DNA from: Acidobacteriota bacterium
GTDB taxonomy: Bacteria; Acidobacteriota; UBA4820; DSQY01
NCBI GenBank assembly: GCA_049967655.1
Contig: JBMFSH010000041.1
Span: 1-19,933, forward strand
DNA: 19,933 nt
Direction: 5' to 3'
Part shown: one piece after another, positions 1 to 9,470 of the stretch
Layout: the number at the start of each line of letters is the position of its first letter
Position numbering within the stretch: position 1 is the first letter of the stretch
Translations under genes and position numbers: made by a program
Notes under the pieces: model-generated
The model's input: the letters and a program-made list of their open reading frames with translations, nothing else
What the model was told of the DNA's origin: nothing
The model's database searches: none

Positions 1-194
1 AGGTGACAAGGGCCTCTTCTTCAATGGCTTGTTCCGCCCGCTTTCCATGCTCTTTCCCCCGTTCCATCGCGGGATTGGGGCTGGCGCGCCCGGTCTCGAA
101 CGCGCCGGAGAGACGCCCGATTTCCGGGAAGGCCGCGGAGAGAAGCGGCCCAGCCCCACGGCGAGGCGGGCCGCCTGGAGCCCAGGCGAGGCGA

Positions 195-2027
195 CTATCT
201 CTTGCCGATCTTGCCTAGCACGGTGGCCGTGGTCTCCTCCAAGAGCGTCGTGGCCTCCCGTTCCAGGCGCCCGCACTCCTGCCTCATCTCGTCCACGAAG
301 GGGGCGTCGTCGATGCCCCCCAGGTTGATGAGGACGTTGAGGATGGCCCCCTTGAGGCCGGCGAAGGCCATCTGGGCGCCCACGCCCGCGTCCGAGACCG
401 AGTTGCGGTTGCCCTCCTGTGCGGCCCGTTTGGCCAAGGCGAGGGCCGTGAGGCAGGTTCGGGCTGTCTCCAGGGGCACCGCCACGGCCTGCTTCAGGCC
501 CGCCTGCATGGCTGCCTTGCGGGCCGCCTTCTCCTCCGGGGTATTCTTCGGGAGCCGTAGGGCCTCCATGTAGGCGTTGAAGGCTCGGGTGTCCTCGTCC
601 ACCGCCGCCAGCAGGTGGTCCTTGGCGGCCTGGGCCGCCTCGGCGGTCTCGTTCATGGCCGCGAAGGCCCCCTCGTAGCCAGGCTTGCCGACGGTGAGGT
701 TGGCCACCATGGAGGCCAGCGCCGCTCCAAGGGCCCCCGCGAGCGCCGCCACGGAGCCGCCGCCCGGGGCCGGCGAATCCCTGGAGACCTCGTGGACGAA
801 GGCGTCGGTGCGCTTGGTGATGAGCGCTCCCTCGGCGGGTTCGGGGTAGCCGATGACCTTCTCGCGGACATCGAAGGGCGACACGTCCCGAAGCCCGAGG
901 CTCTGCACCGCCGTCTCCACCACGTCCTCCAGCGGGATGCCGGTGCAACGTCCCTGGCGCGCCAGGTAGAACTTTCCCGTCTCCACCATGGCCTGGAGCG
1001 GCACCAGCCCGACGATCTCGCTGCCGGTCACCACGAGCCCCCGCTCCGCGGCCAGCTCCCTGGCCTTTTCCAGGACGGCGTGGGTGGGGGTAACCCGGTA
1101 GTTGGTCAGGTTGATGGAGATCTGGACCCGCCCGAACTGGGGCACCTCCCAGCCGATGGCTTTGCAGTGGCTGAAGAGGCCGGGCTGCTTCACGGACTCC
1201 CCCACGAGCCGGTCGGGGTCCGCGTCGTTGAGGCGGTAGAGCTCCCGGCCGTCGTAGCCGTGGGCCGTCTGGATGTGGCCGAAGAGCGCGTCAGGGTCAG
1301 GGAACTCGGCCTCGCATGAGCCACAGAAGAAGCGTCCCTTCTCGTGCTTCAGCAGGGTGCCCATGTAGTAGAAGGGGCGCACGTTGCCGCGCCGGACGCT
1401 CCGGCCCTTCTCCCGGAGCATGAAGGCGATGTCCGTGGCGTGGTCCTTGTTCCGGGAGTTGAGGTCGATGTTGTAGGCAATGAGGAACTCGCGTGCCCCG
1501 ATGACCGTGGCGCCGGACCGCGCGTTGAAGGAGGCCGGGCCGAAGTCCGGGGCCCACTCGGGGTCCCTCAGCTTCTCGGCCAGCCCTTCGTATTCACCGC
1601 GCCGGATGTGGGCGAGGTTCCTCCTCTCGGGCCGCGTGGCGGCATACTCGTAAAGGTAGACCGGGATGCCCAGCTCCTCGCCCACGCGCCGCCCCAGGGT
1701 GCGGGACAGCTCGACGCACTCCTCCACGGAGACCCCGTTCACGGGGACGAAGGGGCAGACGTCCGTGGCGCCCATGCGGGGATGGGTGCCGCGATGCCGG
1801 CTCATGTCGATGAGCTCGGAAGCCCGTTTGATCCCGCGGAACGCCGCCTCGACCACCGCCTCGGGCGGGCCGAAGAAGGTGACCACCACGCGGTTCATGT
1901 CCGCGCCCGGGTCCACGTCCTTGAGGACAACTCCCGCCACCGATTGGATGGCGTCGGTGATCTGCTGAATGACGGCCCTATCGCGTCCCTCCGAAAAATT
2001 GGGGACGCATTCGACGATCTTCGCCAT
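195..2027 (-). CDS. ftcD: Bifunctional glutamate formiminotransferase / formiminotetrahydrofolate cyclodeaminase, with an internal C2H2 zinc-finger insertion
   Basis: FT domain motifs IVECVPNFSEGR, HPRMGATDVCPFVP, IPVYLY, GAREFLIAYN, GSEIVGLVP. Cyclodeaminase motifs PAPGGGSVAAL, VDEDTRAF, GNRNSVSDAGVG, NVLINL. Start set at ATG 2027 because AGGAGGG (2034-2040) lies 6 nt upstream. Confidence 0.95.
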   Translation of the reverse strand: MAKIVECVPNFSEGRDRAVIQQITDAIQSVAGVVLKDVDPGADMNRVVVTFFGPPEAVVEAAFRGIKRASELIDMSRHRGTHPRMGATDVCPFVPVNGVSVEECVELSRTLGRRVGEELGIPVYLYEYAATRPERRNLAHIRRGEYEGLAEKLRDPEWAPDFGPASFNARSGATVIGAREFLIAYNIDLNSRNKDHATDIAFMLREKGRSVRRGNVRPFYYMGTLLKHEKGRFFCGSCEAEFPDPDALFGHIQTAHGYDGRELYRLNDADPDRLVGESVKQPGLFSHCKAIGWEVPQFGRVQISINLTNYRVTPTHAVLEKARELAAERGLVVTGSEIVGLVPLQAMVETGKFYLARQGRCTGIPLEDVVETAVQSLGLRDVSPFDVREKVIGYPEPAEGALITKRTDAFVHEVSRDSPAPGGGSVAALAGALGAALASMVANLTVGKPGYEGAFAAMNETAEAAQAAKDHLLAAVDEDTRAFNAYMEALRLPKNTPEEKAARKAAMQAGLKQAVAVPLETARTCLTALALAKRAAQEGNRNSVSDAGVGAQMAFAGLKGAILNVLINLGGIDDAPFVDEMRQECGRLEREATTLLEETTATVLGKIGKR

Positions 2028-2171
2028 GAACATCCCTCCTGATATGGGGGTAGGTCTATCGCCGCCCGCCCCCGGCGCCCATCATAGCGGCAGAGGTGGC
2101 CGGGTGCCAGGGGAGAGTCAAGGATAGTGAGCAGTGGGAGTGAGGAGCGAAAGCCCCTCCGCATGACGGCC

Positions 2172-2226
2172 GTAGGAGCGCTCTCCAGAGCGCGATGGCA
2201 GGAAGGTGCACAGGCACCTTCCCTAG
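2172..2226. repeat. Pair of REP-like palindromes (GTAG type)
   Basis: GTAG-GA-GCGCTCT-CC-AGAGCGC-GAT at 2172-2196. Second hairpin GGAAGGTGC-ACAG-GCACCTTCC at 2201-2222, followed by CTAG at 2223-2226. Confidence 0.5.
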
Positions 2227-2239
2227 GTGACCGCTAGTG

Positions 2240-2335
2240 GTGGAATGAGAGGTGATTAGAGAGAAAAGAGAGGAAAAAAACCGGCCGCCGCCGGCCCTTT
2301 CTCATCTCTCATCCATCATCCATCATCCTTCTTCA
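2240..2335. repeat. Degenerate heptamer tandem repeats in opposite orientation around the tpiA terminator
   Basis: Purine arm GAGGTGA TTAGAGA GAAAAGA GAGGAAA and pyrimidine arm TCTCATC TCTCATC CATCATC CATCATC CTTCTTC. Confidence 0.6.
2274..2294 (-). terminator. Probable intrinsic terminator of tpiA
   Basis: Minus strand reads CCGGC-GGCG-GCCGG followed by 7 T, about 40 nt after the tpiA stop. Confidence 0.6.
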
Positions 2336-3070
<735 letters not shown>

Positions 3071-3090
3071 CTCATTCCTTTTCCTGGATC

Positions 3091-3177
3091 AGGGGCATGG
3101 GGCAAGGGACAGGGGGCGACGGCTGGAGGCCACCTGAGGGTGGAGGGTAGAGGGTGGAGAGTGAAAGGTGGAGGGGC
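3091..3177. repeat. Two blocks of degenerate heptamer tandem repeats upstream of tpiA
   Basis: AGGGGCA TGGGGCA AGGGACA GGGGGCG (3091-3118) and GAGGGTG GAGGGTA GAGGGTG GAGAGTG AAAGGTG GAGGGGC (3136-3177). Confidence 0.7.
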
Positions 3178-3210
3178 CGAGGGAAGATCCTTTTCCAAAT
3201 CATGAAGAGG

Positions 3211-3219
3211 AGTGTATCA
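3211..3219 (-). promoter_or_regulatory. Candidate extended -10 promoter for tpiA
   Basis: Minus strand TG-A-TACACT. No convincing -35. Confidence 0.4.
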
Positions 3220-3620
3220 TCCGGCTGGCGGGGCGCGCCAGCCGTCGGGTCCCTCGCGCCGCGCCCTTCGGTTTGCCGGTGGGCGCACCCAAATCCCGCG
3301 AATAGGGATGACCGTAGCGCCGGAAGGCAGAGGGGGTAGCTTTTGCCAAAGCCGGTTCGCACCCAAAAGGGATTTGGGTAGCCTCCGACCCCGGACTCAA
3401 TCCGGGAGAGGAGGCCCCAAGCCTGGGGTGAGGCTCCGCGAACTCTGCCCGTGGGGCGGGGCCCCGCAGGGCAATCTCCCGAACCGTCGGGCTTAGCTCG
3501 CGGTTCGGGGGCAAGGCCATGGCCCTCCCCGTCCAGGAGACAACGCCTTTCCCCGGTGAACCGGAGGGGTAGCCGGAGGCACCCGCGTTTCCATCACGGA
3601 ATTTGGGGCGCAATGGGTCC

Positions 3621-3649
3621 TTGCGTGCTTATGTTTTTTGTGCTAAGTT
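3621..3649 (+). promoter_or_regulatory. Sigma70-type promoter of the rimP operon
   Basis: TTGCGT (3621-3626), 17-nt spacer, TAAGTT (3644-3649), with TG one base before the -10. Confidence 0.65.
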
Positions 3650-3655
3650 TGTGAC

Positions 3656-3682
3656 AGTGGGCACTATGCCCACTTTTTTTTT
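3656..3682 (+). promoter_or_regulatory. rimP-leader terminator-like hairpin (attenuator)
   Basis: AGTGGGCA-CTA-TGCCCACT with a 9-T run (3674-3682) just before the rimP RBS. Resembles the widely conserved GTGGG...CCCAC-U-tract leader of rimP-nusA operons. Confidence 0.8.
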
Positions 3683-3693
3683 GAGGGACGGGA

Positions 3694-4161
3694 ATGGATG
3701 CGCCTTGGATGGAGAGGCTCCGAACGCTCGCTCAGGGAGCCGCGGCCCTCTTCGGCCTGGAATTGTTCGATCTGGAGACCAGGCTGGCCGGACGGCGATG
3801 GTGGTTCCGCATCACCCTCGACCGGATGGACGGTGCCGTGACCATCGAGGACTGCGAGAAGGTCTCGCGCCATCTTTCGGCGCAGTTGGACGTGGAGGAC
3901 TTGATTCCCCACGCCTACGAGTTGGAAGTGTCCTCCCCTGGGGTGGAGCGCCCCCTCAGGGAGCTGAAGGATTATGATCGATTCAAGGGGTGCAAGGCCC
4001 GGCTGATCCTGGGAGCCGGCGGGCCGGGGGCCGGTCAGGTGCTCGAGGGCGATTTGGCGGGAACGGAGGGGCAAGAGGTCCTCCTCGACATGGGCAGTGA
4101 GACTCGCCGAGTGGCCGTTGACCGCATCAAGAAGGCCCACCTGGTCTTCCAGTTCCCATAG
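3694..4161 (+). CDS. rimP: Ribosome maturation factor RimP
   Basis: VTIEDCEKVSRHLSAQLDVED, YELEVSSPGVERPL; first gene before nusA. Confidence 0.97.
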   Translation: MDAPWMERLRTLAQGAAALFGLELFDLETRLAGRRWWFRITLDRMDGAVTIEDCEKVSRHLSAQLDVEDLIPHAYELEVSSPGVERPLRELKDYDRFKGCKARLILGAGGPGAGQVLEGDLAGTEGQEVLLDMGSETRRVAVDRIKKAHLVFQFP

Positions 4162-4181
4162 GATAAACAAGGAGATACACC

Positions 4182-5576
4182 ATGTCCAGCGAACTTTTAC
4201 AGGCCATCGAGGCCCTTGGCCGGGAAAAGGGGATTGACCGCGAGATCGTCGTTTCGGCCCTCGAGGACGCCATGGCCGCGGCAGCCAAGCGGGTGCTGCA
4301 TTCCCAGGAAGCCTTCGTGGGCCACTTCGACAACGAGACGGGGGAGGTCGCGCTCTTCAAGGTGAAGACCGTGGTGGAAGCCCCCGTGCCGGAGAATCCT
4401 CTGCTCGAGATAACCCTCGAGGAGGCACGCCAGATCGATCCCGAGCTGAACGTGGGGGACTCCGTTGAGTTCCCCCTCGAAACCACGCCGTACATGGGGC
4501 GCATCGCCGCCCAGCAGGCCAAGCAGGTGCTCACCCAGAAGATCCGCGAGGCGGAGCGGGAGATCATCTACAAGGAGTACAAGGACCGCGTGGGAACCAT
4601 CATCAACGGGGTGGTGAAGCGCATCGAGAAGCGGAACATCCTCGTGGACATCGGCCGCACCGAGGCCCTCCTGCCCGTCAGCGAGCAGTGCAGGGGAGAG
4701 CGGTTCCTGCAAAACGACAGGATCCGGGCTCTCATCATCGACGTTCGGGAGAACACCAAGGGTAGCCAGATCATCCTCTCCAGGGCCAGCAAGGATTTTG
4801 TCGCCAAGCTCTTTGAGGCCGAAGTGCCCGAGATCTACGACGGCACCGTGGTCATCCGGAACTCGGCCCGCGAGCCCGGAGAACGCACCAAGATCGCCGT
4901 CATGAGCAAGGACCGGGACGTGGACCCCATCGGCGCCTGCATCGGCATGAGGGGCATGCGGGTCCAGGCCGTCACGCGGGAGTTGCGCGGCGAGAAGATC
5001 GACATCATTCCGTACAAGGAGGAGCTCTCCGACTACGTGAAGGCGGCCCTCGCCCCCGCCACCGTGACGCGCGTCCAGATTACCGACCCCGAGGCGAAGC
5101 GGATGGAGGTGGTGGTCCCCGAGGATCAGATCTCCCTCACCATCGGGAAGCGCGGGCAGAACATCCGCCTGGCCGGTGTCCTCGTGGGCTGGGAGCTGGA
5201 CGTGAAGAGCGAGGAGGCCAAGAAGCAGGAGATCCTGGCCGCCATGACGAGCATGATGAGCGGAGGCGAGAGCGAATCCGAGGAAGCGGAGGAGGCCTCG
5301 GAGGGCGAGGTGGAGGGCGCCGCTGGGGAGCCTACCGCGGCGCCTTCGGAGGCGGTGGCAGACTCTTCCGCGAACCCGCAGGAGCCCGCCGATCAGGAAT
5401 CCGTGCAGGGTGTCCCCGAACGGGTGATGGCGGCGCTCCGGGAGGCCGGTCTGGCCACTCCCGAGGCGATCGCCGCGGCCTCGGACGAGGAGCTCCTGGC
5501 CATTTCGGGGCTCGGCCCCAAAACGCTCCAGGCGCTGAGGAATTGGGCTCCAGGGACCGAGGGAGGGGAGGTATAA
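4182..5576 (+). CDS. nusA: Transcription termination/antitermination factor NusA
   Basis: GRIAAQQAKQV, S1 domain, FEAEVPEIYDG, AREPGERTKIAV, DPIGACIGMRG, IGKRGQNIRLA. Acidic linker and C-terminal HhH-like ELLAISGLGPKT. RBS AAGGAG. Confidence 0.98.
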   Translation: MSSELLQAIEALGREKGIDREIVVSALEDAMAAAAKRVLHSQEAFVGHFDNETGEVALFKVKTVVEAPVPENPLLEITLEEARQIDPELNVGDSVEFPLETTPYMGRIAAQQAKQVLTQKIREAEREIIYKEYKDRVGTIINGVVKRIEKRNILVDIGRTEALLPVSEQCRGERFLQNDRIRALIIDVRENTKGSQIILSRASKDFVAKLFEAEVPEIYDGTVVIRNSAREPGERTKIAVMSKDRDVDPIGACIGMRGMRVQAVTRELRGEKIDIIPYKEELSDYVKAALAPATVTRVQITDPEAKRMEVVVPEDQISLTIGKRGQNIRLAGVLVGWELDVKSEEAKKQEILAAMTSMMSGGESESEEAEEASEGEVEGAAGEPTAAPSEAVADSSANPQEPADQESVQGVPERVMAALREAGLATPEAIAAASDEELLAISGLGPKTLQALRNWAPGTEGGEV

Positions 5577-5579
5577 GGC

Positions 5580-8030
5580 ATGGCGAAGATCCGGGTCTTT
5601 GAACTCGCGAAAAAGATGGGTGTGCCCTCCAACCAACTCCTGGAGGAGCTCCAAGCCCTCGGGATCGACGTCAAGTCCAATCTCTCCACGCTGGACGAAA
5701 CGGATCTGGAGAAGCTGGGAGGCAAAGTGGCCAAGCCGGCCGCCAAAAAGGCCGCCAAACCGACCGAACCCACGGCGGAGGCCGAGGCTGGCAAGGAGAA
5801 GCGGGTTTCGGCTCCTCCCGAGAAGCACGCCCCCGCCGCCCCGCAGGCGCCCCGTCCGCCCAGGGGCTCCAAACCGCCGGCTTCGGGAGCGGGGAAGGCC
5901 TCCCGGGAAGGCCAACCGCAGGGCAGGCCGGCGGCCGGGCGCGCGGCGCAGCCGTCCGCGCCGGTCCGACAGGGCCAACCTCAGCAGGCACCCCCCGCAG
6001 TCAGGCGTCCTGAGCATCCGCCTCACCATCCGGCTCCAGGGCACGGGCCCGAACGCAGGCAGCCCCAACAGGCTGGCCGCCCCGGTCCATCGGGCGCACC
6101 GGCCGCCGCCCCCAGGCCGGGAGAACGCCCGGCCGCTCCTGCGCCCCCTTCGCGCCTGGCCCCCGTCATAGAGGTCCGGCGGAAGACCAAGCGAGAGCGG
6201 CGCATCGAGAAGCTTCAGGCCAAGGAAGACCGCCGGGAGCGCCTCCAGCACGAACTCACGGAGGCTCAGGCCAAGGCCGAGTCCGGCGAGGCCATCTACA
6301 TCCGCGAGGGGATCACGGTCAAGGAGCTGAGCGAAAAGCTCAACGTGAAGGTCAAGGACATCATCGCCAAGCTCATGATGAGGGGCATTCTCGCCACCAT
6401 CAACCAGCCGCTGGACGCGCAGGTCGCGGTGCAGGTCTCCTCCATGTTCGGTTTCGCCGCCGAGGTGATCTCGTATGAAGACGAGCTGGTCCTGACGCAG
6501 GACGAGGTGCCCGAGGAGGAGAGGTTCCCGAGGGCCCCGGTGGTCACGGTCATGGGCCACGTGGACCACGGCAAATCCTCCCTGCTGGAGGCCATCCACG
6601 ACGTGGACATCACCAGCAAGGAGTACGGCGGGATCACGCAGCACATCGGGGCCTACCGGGTACGGCACGGAGAGCGGGAGTACGTCTTTCTCGATACCCC
6701 CGGCCACGAGGCCTTCACCCTCATGCGCGCCCGCGGGGCGCAGGTGACCGACATCGTCGTCCTCGTGGTCGCGGCGGACGACGGGGTCATGCCCCAGACG
6801 GTCGAGGCCATCAACCACTGCAAGGCAGCCAAGGTTCCGATGGTGGTGGCCATCAACAAGATCGACAAGCCCGGGGCCAACCCCGACCGCGTCAAACAGG
6901 AGCTGTCCCAACACGGCATCTTCACCGAGGATTTCGGTGGGGACGTGGTGTCCGTGCCCGTGTCGGCCAAGACGCGGCAGGGGATCGAAGAGCTGCTGGA
7001 GATGATCGCCCTGGTGGCCGATATGCTTCACCTGGAGGCAGCCCCCGAGCAGCTCGCCAGCGGGACGGTCCTGGAATCCAAGCTGGATAGAACCCGGGGC
7101 CCCGTCGCCACGGTCCTGATTCAGGACGGCACCCTGAGGGTCGGCGACCTCTTCCTCTGCGGCTCCACCTACGGCCACGTGCGGGTCCTCTTCGACGACA
7201 AGGGCGAGCGGGTGGACGAGGCCGGCCCCAGCACACCCATCGAGGTCCTGGGTTTCTCCGAGGTGCCCGCCGTGGGCTCCCTGTTCCAAGGCATGGACGA
7301 CGAGGCCAAGGCGCGGCAGATCGCCTCCTTCCGCAAGGAGCAGGACAAGGCGCGTTCGCTCCGGACCACGAAGGTGCGCCTGGACAACGTCTTCGGCGCC
7401 ATCCAGCAGGGGGAGATCCAGGAGCTGGCCATCATCATCAAGGCCGACGTGCACGGCTCCCTGGAGGCCATCGCCCAGAAGGTCAAGGAGCTCTCCACGG
7501 AGGAGGTGAAGATCACCATCGTCCACCAGGGCGTGGGGGCCATCTCCGAGAGCGACGTCCTGCTAGCCTCCGCGAGCAACGCCCTGGTCATCGGCTTCAA
7601 CGTGAGGCCCGAGCGGAAGGCGGTGGATCTGGCCAAGGCCGAGGGAGTGGACATCCAGACCTTCACCGTGATCTACGACCTGATCGACCGGATGAAGCAG
7701 GCCCTCACGGGCATGCTGAAGCCCATCGAGCACGAGGTCGTGATGGGCCACGCCGAGGTGCGGGAGATCTTCAAAGTCTCCAAGGTGGGTACCATTGCGG
7801 GCTCCATGGTTTCGGACGGCCACATCCTGCGCAGCGCCATGATGAGGGTGCTGCGGGACGGGGTGGTAGTCCACACGGGCAAGCTCCGGTCCTTGAAGCG
7901 GTTCAAAGACGACGTCGGAGAGGTCAAGGAGGGGGTCGAGTGCGGCATCGGACTCGAGGATTTCAACGACGTGAAGCCGGGGGACGTGCTGGAGGCTTTC
8001 GAGATCCAGGTCGAGGAGCGCACCCTGTAA
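5580..8030 (+). CDS. infB: Translation initiation factor IF-2
   Basis: [10 protein letters not shown]-domain, Pro/Ala-rich linker, [51 protein letters not shown]. Confidence 0.99.
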   Translation: MAKIRVFELAKKMGVPSNQLLEELQALGIDVKSNLSTLDETDLEKLGGKVAKPAAKKAAKPTEPTAEAEAGKEKRVSAPPEKHAPAAPQAPRPPRGSKPPASGAGKASREGQPQGRPAAGRAAQPSAPVRQGQPQQAPPAVRRPEHPPHHPAPGHGPERRQPQQAGRPGPSGAPAAAPRPGERPAAPAPPSRLAPVIEVRRKTKRERRIEKLQAKEDRRERLQHELTEAQAKAESGEAIYIREGITVKELSEKLNVKVKDIIAKLMMRGILATINQPLDAQVAVQVSSMFGFAAEVISYEDELVLTQDEVPEEERFPRAPVVTVMGHVDHGKSSLLEAIHDVDITSKEYGGITQHIGAYRVRHGEREYVFLDTPGHEAFTLMRARGAQVTDIVVLVVAADDGVMPQTVEAINHCKAAKVPMVVAINKIDKPGANPDRVKQELSQHGIFTEDFGGDVVSVPVSAKTRQGIEELLEMIALVADMLHLEAAPEQLASGTVLESKLDRTRGPVATVLIQDGTLRVGDLFLCGSTYGHVRVLFDDKGERVDEAGPSTPIEVLGFSEVPAVGSLFQGMDDEAKARQIASFRKEQDKARSLRTTKVRLDNVFGAIQQGEIQELAIIIKADVHGSLEAIAQKVKELSTEEVKITIVHQGVGAISESDVLLASASNALVIGFNVRPERKAVDLAKAEGVDIQTFTVIYDLIDRMKQALTGMLKPIEHEVVMGHAEVREIFKVSKVGTIAGSMVSDGHILRSAMMRVLRDGVVVHTGKLRSLKRFKDDVGEVKEGVECGIGLEDFNDVKPGDVLEAFEIQVEERTL

Positions 8031-8156
8031 CGGCTGCTGGGGCCCTGGTGGGACGGCGGACGGCGGGCGACGACGCCCGGCCGCCGGCCCCGTCACCTTC
8101 ACGCTCGCGTCGAGGCCTCCTCCTGCCTCGGTCCTCCCGATCCCGGAGAGATCACC

Positions 8157-8513
8157 ATGCGAAAGTTTGCGAAATCGGACAAGGTGGCCGACCTGCTTCG
8201 CCACGCCGTTTCCAACGCCTTCTTGGGTGAACTGGAGGACCCTCGCCTGCGCTGGATCACCATCACCGAAGTCCAGCTCAGCAGGGACTTCTCGGTGGCC
8301 AAGCTCTACTACACCGTGGTAGCCCCAAACCTGGGCCTGAAGGAGGCCGAAGCGGCCCTTCACGAGAACCTCAGGCGGCTCCGCTCGTATCTCGGGCGCA
8401 ACCTTCGCCTCAAGCAGACGCCGGAATTGCGGTTCATCTTCGACGAGACGCAGGAGAAGGCGGAGCGCATTGAAGCGCTTCTCCGGTCCCTGCACAAGGA
8501 CACCGATGAGTGA
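8157..8513 (+). CDS. rbfA: Ribosome-binding factor A
   Basis: DPRL, ITITEVQLSRDFSVAKLYY, LRLKQTPELRFIFD; position after infB. Confidence 0.95.
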   Translation: MRKFAKSDKVADLLRHAVSNAFLGELEDPRLRWITITEVQLSRDFSVAKLYYTVVAPNLGLKEAEAALHENLRRLRSYLGRNLRLKQTPELRFIFDETQEKAERIEALLRSLHKDTDE

Positions 8514-9393
8514 GGAGACGGGACGGGACGGTCTGGTCCTGCTGGACAAGCCCACAGGGATGACCTCCCACGATTGCGTGCGGGAGGTCAGGCGGAAATG
8601 CCCGAAGAAGTTCAAGGTAGGCCACGGCGGGACCCTGGACCCTTTCTGCACGGGCCTTCTGATCCTCCTTCTGGGGCGAGCCACGCGGTTGGCCGGTTTT
8701 TTTCAGGGGATGGACAAGGCCTACGAGGGGATTATCCGCTTCGGGGAGGGGACCGACACCTACGACCGGGACGGGCAGGTCGTGGCGACCGGTCCCGCGC
8801 CTGCGGCGAGAAGCCTCGCCGAGTGGCAGGAGATCGCCAACGGCTTTGTGGGGCCTCACCTTCAGGTACCGCCGGCCTTCTCCGCCAAGCGGCTGGGTAA
8901 GATGAGGGCCTACGAGATGGCCAGGCAGGGTATGACTCCCGAGCTGGAGGCGGTGTCCGTGCACATCTACCGCTTCGAGGTATCGCCCGTGGACGAACGG
9001 GACCTTCACTTCCGGATACGCTGCTCCTCGGGGACCTACGTGCGGTCCGTGGCCAAGGAGTTGGGGGAGCGCGTGGGCAGTCCAGCCCATTGCTACCAGC
9101 TCTGCCGGACGGAGGTAGGGCGCTTCAGCGTTCAGGAGGCCAATGCCCTCGGGGATCCGTTCGCGGCCTCGGGGTTCATCCCTTTCGACTCGGTGGACCT
9201 GGGCTTCCCGGTTCACGGGGTCAATCATCGCGAGGAGAGGCTTCTCCTCTTCGGCCACAAGATTCCCGCGCCTACGGAGCTCCAGGGGCACGAGGGGTTG
9301 GTCAAAATCGTGAGCCCCGCCGAGCACTTCATCGCTCTGGGCCGACTCGAGGGGCGGCAGATCCAGCCCTCCCTCGTTTTCCCGCCGAACTGA
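8506..9393 (+). CDS. truB: tRNA pseudouridine(55) synthase TruB
   Basis: LDKPTGMTSHD, KVGHGGTLDP, TDTYD, QVPPAFSA, CSSGTYVRS. Start placed at ATG 8506, which overlaps the rbfA end by 8 nt and has AAGGA upstream. Confidence 0.96.
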   Translation: MSEETGRDGLVLLDKPTGMTSHDCVREVRRKCPKKFKVGHGGTLDPFCTGLLILLLGRATRLAGFFQGMDKAYEGIIRFGEGTDTYDRDGQVVATGPAPAARSLAEWQEIANGFVGPHLQVPPAFSAKRLGKMRAYEMARQGMTPELEAVSVHIYRFEVSPVDERDLHFRIRCSSGTYVRSVAKELGERVGSPAHCYQLCRTEVGRFSVQEANALGDPFAASGFIPFDSVDLGFPVHGVNHREERLLLFGHKIPAPTELQGHEGLVKIVSPAEHFIALGRLEGRQIQPSLVFPPN

Positions 9394-9422
9394 AGCTCGG
9401 GCACCCTCGACACCGCCAAACG

Positions 9423-9446
9423 ATAGGGGCCCCGAGGGGCCCCTAT
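9423..9446. terminator. Hairpin between convergent truB and the beta-propeller gene; likely bidirectional terminator
   Basis: ATAGGGGCCC-CGAG-GGGCCCCTAT (10-bp stem), T-rich downstream, AAA upstream. Confidence 0.7.
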
Positions 9447-9470
9447 TTCATTTCAAGATGGAGTGAAGGT

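Noticed and set aside
1..67. Possible start of a minus-strand gene leaving the window (ATG at 67 or 48)
   Set aside because: At most 22 codons are visible in two alternative frames; cannot be supported.
1185..1400. FtcD insertion as an intein
   Set aside because: Too short and no His-Asn C-terminal splice motif.
3260..3290. Minus-strand GGCAAACC resembling a c-di-GMP-I riboswitch start
   Set aside because: The GAAA-capped stem and downstream GCAAAG element are absent.
3311..3410. tRNA-like (GGGGGTAGCT...AAGC...GGTTCG) or SRP-like (GCC-GGAA-GGC) fragments
   Set aside because: No paired T arm, anticodon arm or acceptor stem, and the SRP CAGG/AGCA loop residues are missing.
5574..5582. In-frame nusA TAA-GGC-ATG infB suggesting a readthrough fusion
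   Set aside because: TAA is a strong stop and infB has its own upstream GGAGG; ordinary tight spacing.
4197..7526. 1109-aa antisense ORF over nusA-infB
   Set aside because: Shadow frame produced by GC-biased codon usage. It crosses the junction only because nusA and infB are in the same frame, and it has no recognisable motifs.
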